Source of the DNA: an uncultured Eubacteriales bacterium
GTDB lineage: Bacteria > Bacillota > Clostridia > Christensenellales > CAG-138
NCBI GenBank assembly: GCA_902786465.1
Contig: CADACQ010000013.1
Coordinates: 2,723 to 66,722 of the forward strand
DNA: 64,000 nt
Reading direction: 5' to 3'
The notes under the pieces: model-generated
Seen by the model: only the letters and a program-made list of their open reading frames with translations
Told to the model about the DNA's origin: nothing
Database searches by the model: none
Position numbers and translations under genes: made by a program
Shown here: positions 21,239 to 30,945 of the stretch, in pieces
Numbering within the stretch: the first letter of the stretch is position 1
Layout: each line of letters begins with the position of its first letter

Positions 21239-21267
21239 TTGCATTTTTCCGTTGCCGCTGATATAAT
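21239..21267 (+). promoter_or_regulatory. SigA promoter of fba
   Basis: TTGCAT-N17-TATAAT with TG extension. Confidence 0.7.
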
Positions 21268-21302
21268 GAAAAAAACGAAAAAACTATAAAGGAGAATATT
21301 CT

Positions 21303-22286
21303 ATGGCAATCGTAACCACCAAAGAAATGTTCAAGAAGGCCTATGACGGCGGCTACGCCATCGGCGCGTTCAACGTGAACAACATGGAGATCATCCAGGG
21401 CATCACCGAGGCAGCCATCGAGCAGCACGCCCCCCTGATCCTTCAGGTGAGCAAGGGCGCCCGGGCTTACGCCAAGCACGTGTACCTGATGAAGCTCATC
21501 GAGGCCGCCATCCAGGACGCGGAGCAGACTGCCGGTTTCGACCTGCCCATCTGCGTGCACCTCGATCACGGCGACACCTTCGAGCTGTGCAAGAGCTGCA
21601 TCGACGGCGGTTTCTCCTCCGTCATGATCGACGGATCCAGCAAGCCCTATGAGGAGAACGTGGCCCTGACCCGCAAGGTGGTGGAATACGCTCACGACCA
21701 CGGCGTGGTGGTGGAAGGCGAGCTCGGCACCCTGGCCGGCATCGAGGATGAGGTCAACGTTTCTGCCGAGGATTCCTCCTACACCCGTCCCGAGGAAGTG
21801 GAGGACTTCGTCACCCGCACGGGCGTGGACTCCCTGGCCATCGCCATCGGCACCAGCCACGGCGCCTACAAGTTCACTGCCGCCCAGTGCACCCGGGACG
21901 CCGACGGCAAGCTGGTGCCCCCGCCCCTCCGGTTCGACATCCTTCGCGAGGTAGAGAAGCGCCTCCCCGGCTTCCCCATCGTGCTCCACGGCTCCTCCTC
22001 CGTGCCCCAGGAGTTCGTCAAGATCATCAACGAGTGCGGCGGCAAGATGCCCGACGCCGTGGGCATCCCCGAGGAGCAGCTCCGGGAAGCGGCCCGGATG
22101 GCTGTCTGCAAGATCAACATCGACTCCGATCTGCGCCTTGCCCTGACCGCCTGCATCCGCAAGCACTTTGTGGAGCATCCGGACCACTTCGATCCTCGCC
22201 AGTACCTGAAGCCCGGCCGGGAGGCCATCAAGGCCATGGTCACCCACAAGCTCATCAACGTGCTGGGCTGCAACGGCAAAGCGTAA
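21303..22286 (+). CDS. fba: Class II fructose-1,6-bisphosphate aldolase
   Basis: GAFNVNN, VHLDHG, SVMIDGS, GTSHGAYK, VLHGSS, KINIDSD. Confidence 0.97.
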   Translation: MAIVTTKEMFKKAYDGGYAIGAFNVNNMEIIQGITEAAIEQHAPLILQVSKGARAYAKHVYLMKLIEAAIQDAEQTAGFDLPICVHLDHGDTFELCKSCIDGGFSSVMIDGSSKPYEENVALTRKVVEYAHDHGVVVEGELGTLAGIEDEVNVSAEDSSYTRPEEVEDFVTRTGVDSLAIAIGTSHGAYKFTAAQCTRDADGKLVPPPLRFDILREVEKRLPGFPIVLHGSSSVPQEFVKIINECGGKMPDAVGIPEEQLREAARMAVCKINIDSDLRLALTACIRKHFVEHPDHFDPRQYLKPGREAIKAMVTHKLINVLGCNGKA

Positions 22287-22384
22287 AGCCTGTAAAAGCG
22301 GGCTGCGTTTTTATCTTTCATGCAACCGATCCCCCTTCTTTCGGCTCTATAGGGGTGTAAGCGCTTACAGAAAGAGAAAGAAAC

Positions 22385-22840
22385 ATGGATCAACAATACT
22401 TTGATCGAATCTACGAATCCACATACCTGCCCCTGCTCCGGTACGCCATCGTGCACCTGAGCGACCCCACGGACGCGGAGGACGCCCTACAAAACGTGTA
22501 CCTCAGCTTCTACCGCCGCATCGAGCGGTACGGCCATCTGGACGTGCTGTTCCCCAAAGCGTTCCTGTTGAAGATGCTGAAGCGGGAGATCATCGAGCAG
22601 TACGCCGAGCGGGAGAAGCACGCCGTACGCCCCCTGGAGGACGTGCCCCAGGAGCGGCTCAAGGACGGGGACACCTATCGGATATTCGTGCTGTACTACG
22701 GGTACGAGCTGACCATCTCGGAGGTCGCCAGGGAGCTGGGCATGGGAGCGGAAGCCGTCAAGAGCCGCCTGTTTCGGGGGCGGAACGCCATCCGGCAATT
22801 TCTGACGGCGGAGGATGCGGATTCGGAGTCTGGGAGGTAA
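22385..22840 (+). CDS. ECF-type RNA polymerase sigma factor (short)
   Basis: Region 2 DAEDALQNVYL; region 4 TISEVARELGMGAEAVKSRLFRGR. Confidence 0.85.
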   Translation: MDQQYFDRIYESTYLPLLRYAIVHLSDPTDAEDALQNVYLSFYRRIERYGHLDVLFPKAFLLKMLKREIIEQYAEREKHAVRPLEDVPQERLKDGDTYRIFVLYYGYELTISEVARELGMGAEAVKSRLFRGRNAIRQFLTAEDADSESGR

Positions 22841-22844
22841 GAGC

Positions 22845-24476
22845 ATGAAAGAAACGAGATTCTACCATAAAGCGCTGCATATGTCGCTGCTGGACGGCAA
22901 GGCCGTCAAGGCAGCGCTGGACCAACAGATCGCACGAGAGCCCATAGAGGCCCGGGAAACCGTCGGCTTCCCCTGGCGCCGGGCAGGCATGGTGGCGGCA
23001 GCCGTTCTGGTGCTGCTGGCCACCACCATCATGGCCATCCCCTCCACCCGAGCGGAGGTCCTTTCCTGGCTGGGGATCATCTCCCGGCCCCAGGATTATC
23101 TGACGGCGGACCCCTCCGAGCGGCCCAGCATCCCGGCCCTGGAGGGCATGATCGCAGAAGCGAAGCCGGAGGATACGGAGGTTAAGGTCCTGCCCATCGA
23201 CCGCACGGATTCCCAGGCAGTGAACAGCGAAGGCGCGCTCAAGGTGGCAGAGTTGCTCAAAAAAGATGTGCGGATCACGGTGGGCGACACCCTTTTTGAC
23301 GGGAACACGGCCTATGTCCGATTGGGCGGCACGGCGGCCCTGCCCCTGCTGGAAAACCGGACGGGCGGCAACCGGACGTGGGTCCAAGTGGACCCGCAGC
23401 GGATGTATGACTTCTTTGAAGGCGGTCCGGACAAAGAATACCTGTCCGGCGAGAAAGAGATGTATTGGGGGTCCACGGCCGAGATCGTGTTAGAGCTTGC
23501 CGACGGGTCAAAACTGGCTGATTTGCTGATGAACGTCTCTGAGACGGAGGCCCTCAAAGCCCACATCGCCGCCCTGGAAGCCAAAAACTTCCATTGGGAC
23601 GATCTCTCGCCGGAGGAGCGGGCCGAGATCAACAGCATGAATCAGGCCTTCCTGGAGAAAAATGAGATCATTGCCACCGCGCAGATGTATAACGAGCGAG
23701 AAAAACTGGAACGAAACGCGGACGAAAACGGAGAAGTGATCGCCAAGGCCTGGTTCAGGGTGTTCGTGGAGGAGGACTATGATCTGCCTGCCACGGAGCT
23801 GCTGAACGTGGAGGTGGGCACGGTGCGGTTCAACGTGGCCGGGTACAAGGCCATGGAGCAGCGCACCGTGCAAGCGGAGGGACAAAAGGTCGTTTGGAAG
23901 GGCGACACCGTCATCACCTATATGGAGCTGGTTGATCCGGAGGATCATGACAAAGAGGCCACAGATTGGAACACCGCCGTACAGATGTACACCAGCTACC
24001 CCGTCTCTCTGGACGGCATGACGCTGGAAGCCCTGCCCCATGCCCACGCCGATGATTTGAGCATCTATGATCTGGATGTACAGATCACCCTGCCGGACAG
24101 CATCCAAGGGGAAGCCCGGGCCGCCTGGACAGGCTTTGCTTCCATATTCCCCATCGACTTCAAGATCCTGATCGACGGACAGGAGGGCAGTTGGTATCCC
24201 GGCGGCTTCGGCATGACAGAGAACGGCGACGGCACGTTTACCTATCACATCGTGGAGGTCCGGGGTCTGGATCTGGAGACTATCGATCAAATCAGGACCG
24301 TCACCCTTGTCCCTGTACTGCGGTATGTGAAGGGCTTTGAGGATAGGGACCAACGCTTTACGGAGCTGCCCCTCAACACCCGCACGGCGCAGCCGCCAAC
24401 AGGGGACGGCTATATGGGCGCCCGGTTCGCGACCACCGAGTACCCTGAGTACGCCCTCACCTTCACCCTGGGATAA
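22845..24476 (+). CDS. Putative anti-sigma factor: single TM with a large extracytoplasmic domain
   Basis: Starts 4 nt after the sigma stop behind GGAGG; short cytoplasmic N-terminus, TM helix followed by AIPSTRAEVLSWLG, large acidic C-terminal region. Confidence 0.65.
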   Translation: MKETRFYHKALHMSLLDGKAVKAALDQQIAREPIEARETVGFPWRRAGMVAAAVLVLLATTIMAIPSTRAEVLSWLGIISRPQDYLTADPSERPSIPALEGMIAEAKPEDTEVKVLPIDRTDSQAVNSEGALKVAELLKKDVRITVGDTLFDGNTAYVRLGGTAALPLLENRTGGNRTWVQVDPQRMYDFFEGGPDKEYLSGEKEMYWGSTAEIVLELADGSKLADLLMNVSETEALKAHIAALEAKNFHWDDLSPEERAEINSMNQAFLEKNEIIATAQMYNEREKLERNADENGEVIAKAWFRVFVEEDYDLPATELLNVEVGTVRFNVAGYKAMEQRTVQAEGQKVVWKGDTVITYMELVDPEDHDKEATDWNTAVQMYTSYPVSLDGMTLEALPHAHADDLSIYDLDVQITLPDSIQGEARAAWTGFASIFPIDFKILIDGQEGSWYPGGFGMTENGDGTFTYHIVEVRGLDLETIDQIRTVTLVPVLRYVKGFEDRDQRFTELPLNTRTAQPPTGDGYMGARFATTEYPEYALTFTLG

Positions 24477-24489
24477 ATCGACAGACAGC

Positions 24490-24519
24490 AAAAGAGCCGG
24501 GGCTCCTTCCCCGGCTCTT
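24490..24519. terminator. Bidirectional terminator
   Basis: AAGAGCCGGGG-ctcctt-CCCCGGCTCTT. Confidence 0.75.
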
Positions 24520-24533
24520 CCTGTGTTTTGGGC

Positions 24534-26684
24534 TCAGCAGGCGCTCTTCTGCTCGTGCTCCAGCTCGCTCTCGTCCAGGACGAACTTCTTGCGCAACACG
24601 TACTCCTCCTTCTTTCCGGCGTTGAAGTTCTGCACGGGGCGAAGGTAACCCACCACCCGGCTCCAAACCTCCGTGGCCTTGCCGCACTCCGGGCAGGTGA
24701 AGTGCTCGCCGGAGATGTAGCCGTGCTCCTCGCAGATGGAGAAGGTGGGCGTGATGGAGATGTAGGGCATCTTGTACTTGGTGAAGATGGTGCGTATGAG
24801 GTCCTTCACCGTCTCCACGTCGTTGATCCGCTCCCCGAGGTACAGGTGCTGGACCGTGCCGCCGGTGTACAGGGACTGGAGCTCGTCCTGCAGATCCATG
24901 CACTCGAAGATGTCGTCCGTGTAGGTCACAGGCAGCTGGGTGCTGTTGGTGTACTGAGGCTCGTCGTGGCCGCTCTGGATGATGTTGGGGTACTTCTCCT
25001 TGTCCAGCCGGGCCAGGCGATAGCTGGTGCCCTCGGCGGGGGTGGCCTCCAGGTTGTAGCTGTGGCCCGTCTCCTCCTGGAACTCCACCATGAGATCCCG
25101 CAGGAAGTGCATGACCTCCAGGGCGAAGGCCAGGCCCTCCTGGCTGCCGATGTCCTTCCCGAGGAAGTTGAGGCAGGCTTCGTTCATGCCCACGAGGCCG
25201 ATGGTGTTGAAGTGGTTGTACCAATATTCCCCGGTCCGGGCCTTCACGTTCCGCAGGTAATGGGCGGAATAGGGGTACAGCCCCCGGTCCGTCTGGTGCT
25301 CGATGATCTTGCGCTTGATCTCTAAACTGACCTTGCCGAGCTCCGCCACATGCCGCAGCCGAGCGAAGAAGTCTGCTTTGTCGGTGGCGAGATATCCGAT
25401 CCTAGGCAGGTTGATGGTGTACACGCCGATGCTGCCCGTCATAGGGTTGCTGCCGAAGAGGCCGCCGCCCCGCTTGCGAAGCTCCCGCTTGTCGAGGCGC
25501 AGCCGGCAGCACATGCTCACCGCGTCCTCCGGGGACAGGTCGGAGTTCACGTAGTTGGCGAAGTAGGGGATGCCGTACTTGCAGGTGATCTCCATGAAGC
25601 TGTTGACCACCGGGCTGTCCCAATCGAAATCCTTTGTGATGTTGATGGTGGGGATGGGGAACGTGAACACCCGGCCCTTGGAATCCCCCTCCAGCATGAC
25701 GGCGCAGAAGGCCTGGTTGAAGAGATCCATTTCCTTCTGGAAGTCGCCGTAGGTCCTGTCCTTATACTCGCCCCCGATGATGACGGGCTCCTCCCGAAGG
25801 GTGCTGGGCACCTTGATGTCGAAGGTCAGGTTGGAGAAGGGGCACTGGAAGCCCACCCGGGTGGGCACGTTGATGTTGAAGACGAACTCCTGCAAACACT
25901 GCTTCACCTGCTCGAAGGTCATGTGATCGTAGTAGATGAATGGGGCGCAGTAGGTGTCGAAGGAGGACCAGGCCTGGGCGCCGGCGGTCTCGCCCTGGGT
26001 GGTGAAGGTGGAGTTGACCACCTGACCCAGGAACGAGCGAAGGTGCCTGGCGGGGCTCGATTCTACCTTCCCCTCCACGCCGCCGAAGCCGTCCATCAAA
26101 AGCTGCCGCAGGTCCCAGCCCGCGCAGTAGGGGCCGAAGAAGCCGAGATCGTGGATATGGGCGTCGCCGCTTTCGTGGGCCTGGCGCACGTCCTCGGGGT
26201 AGACCTTGTAGAGCCAGTATTTCTTGGTGAAGGACTCCCGGACGTAGTTGTTGAGGCCGTTGACGCTGCGCTGCATGTTGGCGTTTTCCTTGGTGCCCAC
26301 GCTGCGCTGCATGTTGGCGTTTTCCTTGGTGCCCCAGTCCTTGTCGTCCAGATAGTCGGCGAACATGTCGATGGTGGCGCCAATCATGGCGTTGATCTCC
26401 CGGGTGGCCCGTCGCTTCTCCCGATAGAGGATGTAGGCCTTGGCGGTCTTGGCGTGGCCGTTCTCGATGAGGACCTTCTCCACCGCGTCCTGGATATCCT
26501 CCACCTCGGGGATGGCGTCCGTGTACCGTTCGGAGATGATCTCCACCACCTGGTCCGCCAAATCCTCCGCGATGGCCTCGTTGGTGCCACCCACGGCCTT
26601 GGCCGCCTTCCAAATGGCGTTCTTGATCTTCTCCTGATCGAAGGATTCGATGCGTCCGTCACGCTTTTTGATCTGTCGAATCAT
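24534..26684 (-). CDS. nrdD: Anaerobic (class III) ribonucleoside-triphosphate reductase with ATP cone
   Basis: IKKRDG ATP cone, SMCCRL, LEATPAEG, C..HG...CPEC, SRVVGYLRP glycyl-radical motif; RBS AGGAGG. Confidence 0.95.
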   Translation of the reverse strand: MIRQIKKRDGRIESFDQEKIKNAIWKAAKAVGGTNEAIAEDLADQVVEIISERYTDAIPEVEDIQDAVEKVLIENGHAKTAKAYILYREKRRATREINAMIGATIDMFADYLDDKDWGTKENANMQRSVGTKENANMQRSVNGLNNYVRESFTKKYWLYKVYPEDVRQAHESGDAHIHDLGFFGPYCAGWDLRQLLMDGFGGVEGKVESSPARHLRSFLGQVVNSTFTTQGETAGAQAWSSFDTYCAPFIYYDHMTFEQVKQCLQEFVFNINVPTRVGFQCPFSNLTFDIKVPSTLREEPVIIGGEYKDRTYGDFQKEMDLFNQAFCAVMLEGDSKGRVFTFPIPTINITKDFDWDSPVVNSFMEITCKYGIPYFANYVNSDLSPEDAVSMCCRLRLDKRELRKRGGGLFGSNPMTGSIGVYTINLPRIGYLATDKADFFARLRHVAELGKVSLEIKRKIIEHQTDRGLYPYSAHYLRNVKARTGEYWYNHFNTIGLVGMNEACLNFLGKDIGSQEGLAFALEVMHFLRDLMVEFQEETGHSYNLEATPAEGTSYRLARLDKEKYPNIIQSGHDEPQYTNSTQLPVTYTDDIFECMDLQDELQSLYTGGTVQHLYLGERINDVETVKDLIRTIFTKYKMPYISITPTFSICEEHGYISGEHFTCPECGKATEVWSRVVGYLRPVQNFNAGKKEEYVLRKKFVLDESELEHEQKSAC
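26263..26334. repeat. Perfect 36-bp in-frame tandem duplication in nrdD
   Basis: ACGCTGCGCTGCATGTTGGCGTTTTCCTTGGTGCCC x2 (GTKENANMQRSV x2). Confidence 0.9.
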
Positions 26685-26714
26685 ACGCCCCTCCTGCTGT
26701 ATCCTTGCAGCTGA

Positions 26715-26772
26715 AGTATACCCACTGCCATATTTTGTGTCAACCGCCCGAAATGAATACAATATCTTGCTC
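26715..26772 (-). promoter_or_regulatory. nrdD SigA promoter overlapped by two NrdR boxes
   Basis: Minus strand TTGACA-N17-TATACT (26743-26715); NrdR-like 16-mers CTGCCATATTTTGTGT (26725-26740) and ATACAATATCTTGCTC (26757-26772), 32 bp apart. Confidence 0.8.
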
Positions 26773-27029
26773 ATGTTTTGGGTATGCGATGAATAAACCC
26801 TGTGGAAAAACCAAAAAGCGGCCCCCAAAAGGCGAGCCGCCGCGGTTTTGGATATGCACCTATGCGAGAAACTATTCAGCCAAAATGCATAGGTCCTGAA
26901 TGGGCGTGAGTATCTATAAATAATGTTTAAGGAGCGTTCAAAAATGATTCATGACTCATTCAATTTTCCGTCATGGCTCATTCAACATGTTGTGTACGGC
27001 CTGTGAACGGGTCACAAGGGGCTGTTGCC

Positions 27030-28376
27030 TCAGCCCAAAAGGCGGTGGATCTCCCGCCGCCCTTCCCGGTACAGCCGACCCTCGTCCACGGTCAGTATCT
27101 GCCCCGCCTGGACCGTCAGTTTTCCGTTCACGAACACCAGGTCGCAGGGCCTGTGGTAGCCCACGTTCCCGAAGAGGTCCAGGGGGTCCAGCTCCGCGCA
27201 GAGAAGATCCGGCTGCTCCTTCTGGATCAGGAAGCAGTCCGCTGACTTCCCCTCCTCGATAGTGCCGATATCGCTTCGGCCCAGGAGGGCGGCGCTGCCC
27301 GCCGTGGCCATCTTCAACAGCTCATACCCCGTAGGCGCTTTCTCGCCCCAGGTGAGGCGGTGCAGCAGGAAGGCGGACCGGATCTCGTCCATCATGTTGC
27401 TGCTGTCGTTGCTGGCGGAGCCGTCTACAGCGAGACCCACCTTCACGCCCCGGCGGAGCATGTCCGGCACCCGGCAGACGCCGCTGTGGAGCTTCATGTT
27501 GGAATTGGGGCAATGGGCCACCCCTGTGCCTGTGGCGGCCAGCAGGTCCAGCTCCTCGTCGTTCATATGGATGCCGTGAGCGTACCACACGTCCGGCCCC
27601 ACCCAGCCCAGAGATTCCATGTAGGCCACGGGCCGCATGCCGAACCGGGCGAGAGTATAGTCCTCCTCGTCCCGGGTCTCCCCCACGTGGGTGTGGAGCC
27701 GGACCCCGTAGGCCCGGGCCAGCCGGGCGCTCTCCCGCATCAAATCGCCGCTGACGGAGAAGGGCGAGCAGGGGGCCAGGACGATGTCGTGCATATGGTC
27801 CGTATCCGGGTGATGCCAGGTTTCGATGAGCCGCTGGCTGTCCGCCATGATCTCATCGATGGTTTGTACCACGCTGTCCGGCGGCAAGCCACCGTCCTTC
27901 TTGGACAGGTCCATGCTGCCCCGGGAGGCCACGAAGCGGATGCCCAGCTCATCCGCCGCCGCCATCTGCCGAACGATCAGGTCCCCCGCCCCCTGGGGGA
28001 ATACGTAGTGATGGTCGAAGCAGGTGGTGCAGCCGTAGCGCATGAGCTCCCCCATGGCGGACAGGGAGGAAAGAAAGACCGTGTCCCCGTTGAGATTCTT
28101 CCATATCTCGTAGAGGGTCTTGAGCCAGTCGAAGAGCTCCATGCCCTGGACCTGCCGCAGGCTCCGGGTGAAATATTGGTATAGATGATGATGGGTGTTT
28201 ACGAAGCCGGGATAGAGGAGCATCCCCGTACAGTCGAAGGCCTGATCCGCCACCTGGTCCAGGGGGCCGATGTGCTCGATCACCCCGTCCCTGAACCAAA
28301 CATCCGTATTCCTGTACACCCGATCCGCCCCGTCGCAGGAAATGATGGTGTCCACAGCTTTCAGCAGCGTGCGCAT
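27030..28376 (-). CDS. Amidohydrolase, 8-oxoguanine deaminase/AtzB-like
   Basis: PGFVNTHHHLYQ, APCSPFSVS, LHTHVGE, AHCPNSN, VDGSASND. Confidence 0.88.
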   Translation of the reverse strand: MRTLLKAVDTIISCDGADRVYRNTDVWFRDGVIEHIGPLDQVADQAFDCTGMLLYPGFVNTHHHLYQYFTRSLRQVQGMELFDWLKTLYEIWKNLNGDTVFLSSLSAMGELMRYGCTTCFDHHYVFPQGAGDLIVRQMAAADELGIRFVASRGSMDLSKKDGGLPPDSVVQTIDEIMADSQRLIETWHHPDTDHMHDIVLAPCSPFSVSGDLMRESARLARAYGVRLHTHVGETRDEEDYTLARFGMRPVAYMESLGWVGPDVWYAHGIHMNDEELDLLAATGTGVAHCPNSNMKLHSGVCRVPDMLRRGVKVGLAVDGSASNDSSNMMDEIRSAFLLHRLTWGEKAPTGYELLKMATAGSAALLGRSDIGTIEEGKSADCFLIQKEQPDLLCAELDPLDLFGNVGYHRPCDLVFVNGKLTVQAGQILTVDEGRLYREGRREIHRLLG

Positions 28377-28483
28377 AGTCCCACCTCCCTTTACGGTCAG
28401 TATACCATGATCCCCCCTGTGGATTTCAGGCTTGTTTTATGGGCCGGTCCTTGGTATAATGAAATAGTTTTGGAGGAGAGAAA

Positions 28484-29305
28484 ATGATCGAATTCAAAGG
28501 CGTACGATTCCGATACGACAACGAGGGACCCGAGGCGCTCCAGGGCATCGACCTCATGATCCCCGACGGCATCTTCCTGGTGGTGGCCGGACACAACGGC
28601 AGCGGCAAGAGCACTTTGTCAAAGCACATCAACGGGCTCCTGCTCCCCACGGAGGGGCAGGTGCTGGTGAACGGCCTGGACACCCGGGACGAAAACAACC
28701 TCCTTTCCATCCGCCAGCAGGTGGGCATGGTGTTCCAGAACCCGGACAACCAGCTGGTGACCACCATCGTGGAGGAGGACGTGGCCTTCGGGCCCGAGAA
28801 TTTGGGCGTCCCCTCCCCCGAGATACGGGTGCGGGTGGACAAAGCCCTCCAAAAGGTGGGCATGACCGCCTACGCCGAGAGCGCCGCCCACCGTCTGTCC
28901 GGCGGCCAGAAGCAGCGTATCGCCATCGCCGGGATGTTGGCCATGGAGCCGAAGATCTTGGTGCTGGACGAGGCCACCGCCATGCTGGACCCCAAGGGCC
29001 GGGAGGAGCTTTTACAAACGGTCTACGAGCTGAACCGGAAGAACGGCATGACCGTGATCATGATCACCCAGTACATGGAGGAGGCGGTCATGGCGGATAG
29101 GGTGGTGGTCATGAACGGGGGCCAGATCGTCATGGACGACGTGCCCCAGGCCATCTTCTCCCAGGGGGACGAGCTCCGCGCTCTGGGGCTCGACGTGCCG
29201 GAGATCGTGCGCATCCGGGAGGACCTACAAAAGGCGGGCGTCTCCCTTCCTCTCACCGTGTTGACCGACAGCCAGCTTGCGGAGGCCCTATGCCCATTGT
29301 TTTAG
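28484..29305 (+). CDS. ecfA1: ECF transporter ATPase A
   Basis: GHNGSGKS, FQNPDNQ, LSGGQKQR, DEATAMLD. Confidence 0.93.
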   Translation: MIEFKGVRFRYDNEGPEALQGIDLMIPDGIFLVVAGHNGSGKSTLSKHINGLLLPTEGQVLVNGLDTRDENNLLSIRQQVGMVFQNPDNQLVTTIVEEDVAFGPENLGVPSPEIRVRVDKALQKVGMTAYAESAAHRLSGGQKQRIAIAGMLAMEPKILVLDEATAMLDPKGREELLQTVYELNRKNGMTVIMITQYMEEAVMADRVVVMNGGQIVMDDVPQAIFSQGDELRALGLDVPEIVRIREDLQKAGVSLPLTVLTDSQLAEALCPLF

Positions 29306-30135
29306 AGCATCTTTCCCATACCTATTTCGACGGCGCAACGTCCAACGCTGCGGTGAAGGACGTGTCCTTGGAGATCCGGGAGGGCGAGTTCTTGTCCGTC
29401 ATCGGTCACACCGGCTGCGGCAAGACCACGTTGGTCCAGCATCTCAACGGCCTGCTGCTCCCCAGCGCCGGCCGGGTGCTGGTGGACGGCCTCGACACGG
29501 CGGACAAGAAGCAGCGGCCCTCCATTCGCGCCCTGGTGGGCATGGTGTTCCAGTACCCGGAGTACCAGCTCTTTGCGGACACAGTCCGGGAGGACGTGGG
29601 CTTCGGCCCCAAGAACATGAAGCTATCCGAAGAGGAGATCGCCCTGCGGGTCAGCGAGGCCATGTCCATGGTGAGTCTCTCCATGGAGGAGTTCGCCGAA
29701 AAATCCCCCTTCGAGCTGTCCGGCGGCGAGAAGCGCAGGGCGGCCCTGGCGGGGATCCTCGCTATGCGGCCCAAGTACCTGGTGCTGGACGAGCCCATGG
29801 CGGGCCTCGATCCCCAGGGGCGGCAGAACATCCTCTCCATGCTGGAAAAGCTTCGGCAGGACACGGGCTGCAGCATCATCATGGTCTCCCACTCCATGGA
29901 GGACGTGGCCCGGCATGCGGACCGCATATTGGTCATGGACCATGGGGAGGTCAAGTATCTCGATACCCCCAAGGCGGTCTTCTCCCACAGCGACGAGCTC
30001 TCTCAAATGGGCCTCTCCCTCCCCGCCCCCTGCCGGGTGGCGGCTCTGCTGCGGCAGAAGGGCGTGGACGCCCCGGCGGACATCTGCACCCGGGAGGACC
30101 TGGAAGCGTTTTTGACGAGGAGGCTGAAGGCATGA
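29290..30135 (+). CDS. ecfA2: ECF transporter ATPase A'
   Basis: GHTGCGKT, FQYPEYQLF, SPFELSGG. Confidence 0.93.
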   Translation: MPIVLEHLSHTYFDGATSNAAVKDVSLEIREGEFLSVIGHTGCGKTTLVQHLNGLLLPSAGRVLVDGLDTADKKQRPSIRALVGMVFQYPEYQLFADTVREDVGFGPKNMKLSEEEIALRVSEAMSMVSLSMEEFAEKSPFELSGGEKRRAALAGILAMRPKYLVLDEPMAGLDPQGRQNILSMLEKLRQDTGCSIIMVSHSMEDVARHADRILVMDHGEVKYLDTPKAVFSHSDELSQMGLSLPAPCRVAALLRQKGVDAPADICTREDLEAFLTRRLKA

Positions 30136-30944
30136 CAGACATTACCTTAGGCCAATTCATCCCCGGCAACTCCTGCATCCACCGGCTGGACCCCCGGACG
30201 AAGATCGTGCTGATGCTGGTCTACATCGTCATGGTGTTCCTGGTGAAGTCCCTGCCCCTGTTCTTGGTGCCCCTCATCTACGTGTTTCTGTGCCTGGGGC
30301 TGGGGCATATCTCCTTCAGCTACTTCGGCAAGGCCATCAAGCCCATCCGGTTCCTGCTGGTGTTCATGTTCCTGCTGAACCTGTTCATCACCCCGGGGGA
30401 CAATGTGCTCTTCAGCTGGAAGTTCATCCATATCACTAAGGAAGGCCTGCTGCAGGCAGTCTATATCTCCCTGCGGCTCATTCTGCTGGTGACCGGGGCC
30501 TCCATCATGACGTTGACCACCTCCCCCATCGCCCTGACGGACGGCCTCGAACGGATGCTCTCGCCCCTCAAGGTCTTCAAGTTCCCCGCCCACGAGCTGG
30601 CCATGATGATGACCATCGCCCTTCGGTTCATCCCCACCCTCATGGAGGAGGCGGACAAGATCCGCAAGGCCCAGATGGCCCGGGGCGCGGACTTCGAGTC
30701 CGGCAACATCATCGCCCGGGCAAAGGCCATGATCCCCATCCTGATCCCCCTGTTCGTGTCCGCGTTCCGGCGGGCGGACGAGCTCGCCATGGCCATGGAG
30801 TCCCGCTGCTACCACGGCGGCGAGGGCCGGACCAAGCTCCACCAGCTGAAGCTGGGTCGGAACGATCTCGTGGCGGCGCTGGTGACGGCGGCCTTCCTGG
30901 CCCTGATCCTGATCGTGCAGGGGCTGTTCCCGGGGCTCGTGTAA
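30132..30944 (+). CDS. ecfT: ECF transporter transmembrane component T
   Basis: LDPRTK, ALRFIP, AQMARG, AMESRCY; ATGA coupling to ecfA2. Confidence 0.93.
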   Translation: MTDITLGQFIPGNSCIHRLDPRTKIVLMLVYIVMVFLVKSLPLFLVPLIYVFLCLGLGHISFSYFGKAIKPIRFLLVFMFLLNLFITPGDNVLFSWKFIHITKEGLLQAVYISLRLILLVTGASIMTLTTSPIALTDGLERMLSPLKVFKFPAHELAMMMTIALRFIPTLMEEADKIRKAQMARGADFESGNIIARAKAMIPILIPLFVSAFRRADELAMAMESRCYHGGEGRTKLHQLKLGRNDLVAALVTAAFLALILIVQGLFPGLV

Positions 30945-30945
30945 G

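Noticed and set aside
21126-22247. N-terminal extension making the GT2 ORF 682 aa
   Set aside because: The extension is antisense to fba; the true start with RBS is at 21125
24534-28376. Absence of nrdG next to nrdD as a novelty
   Set aside because: The activase is often encoded elsewhere; cannot be judged from one window
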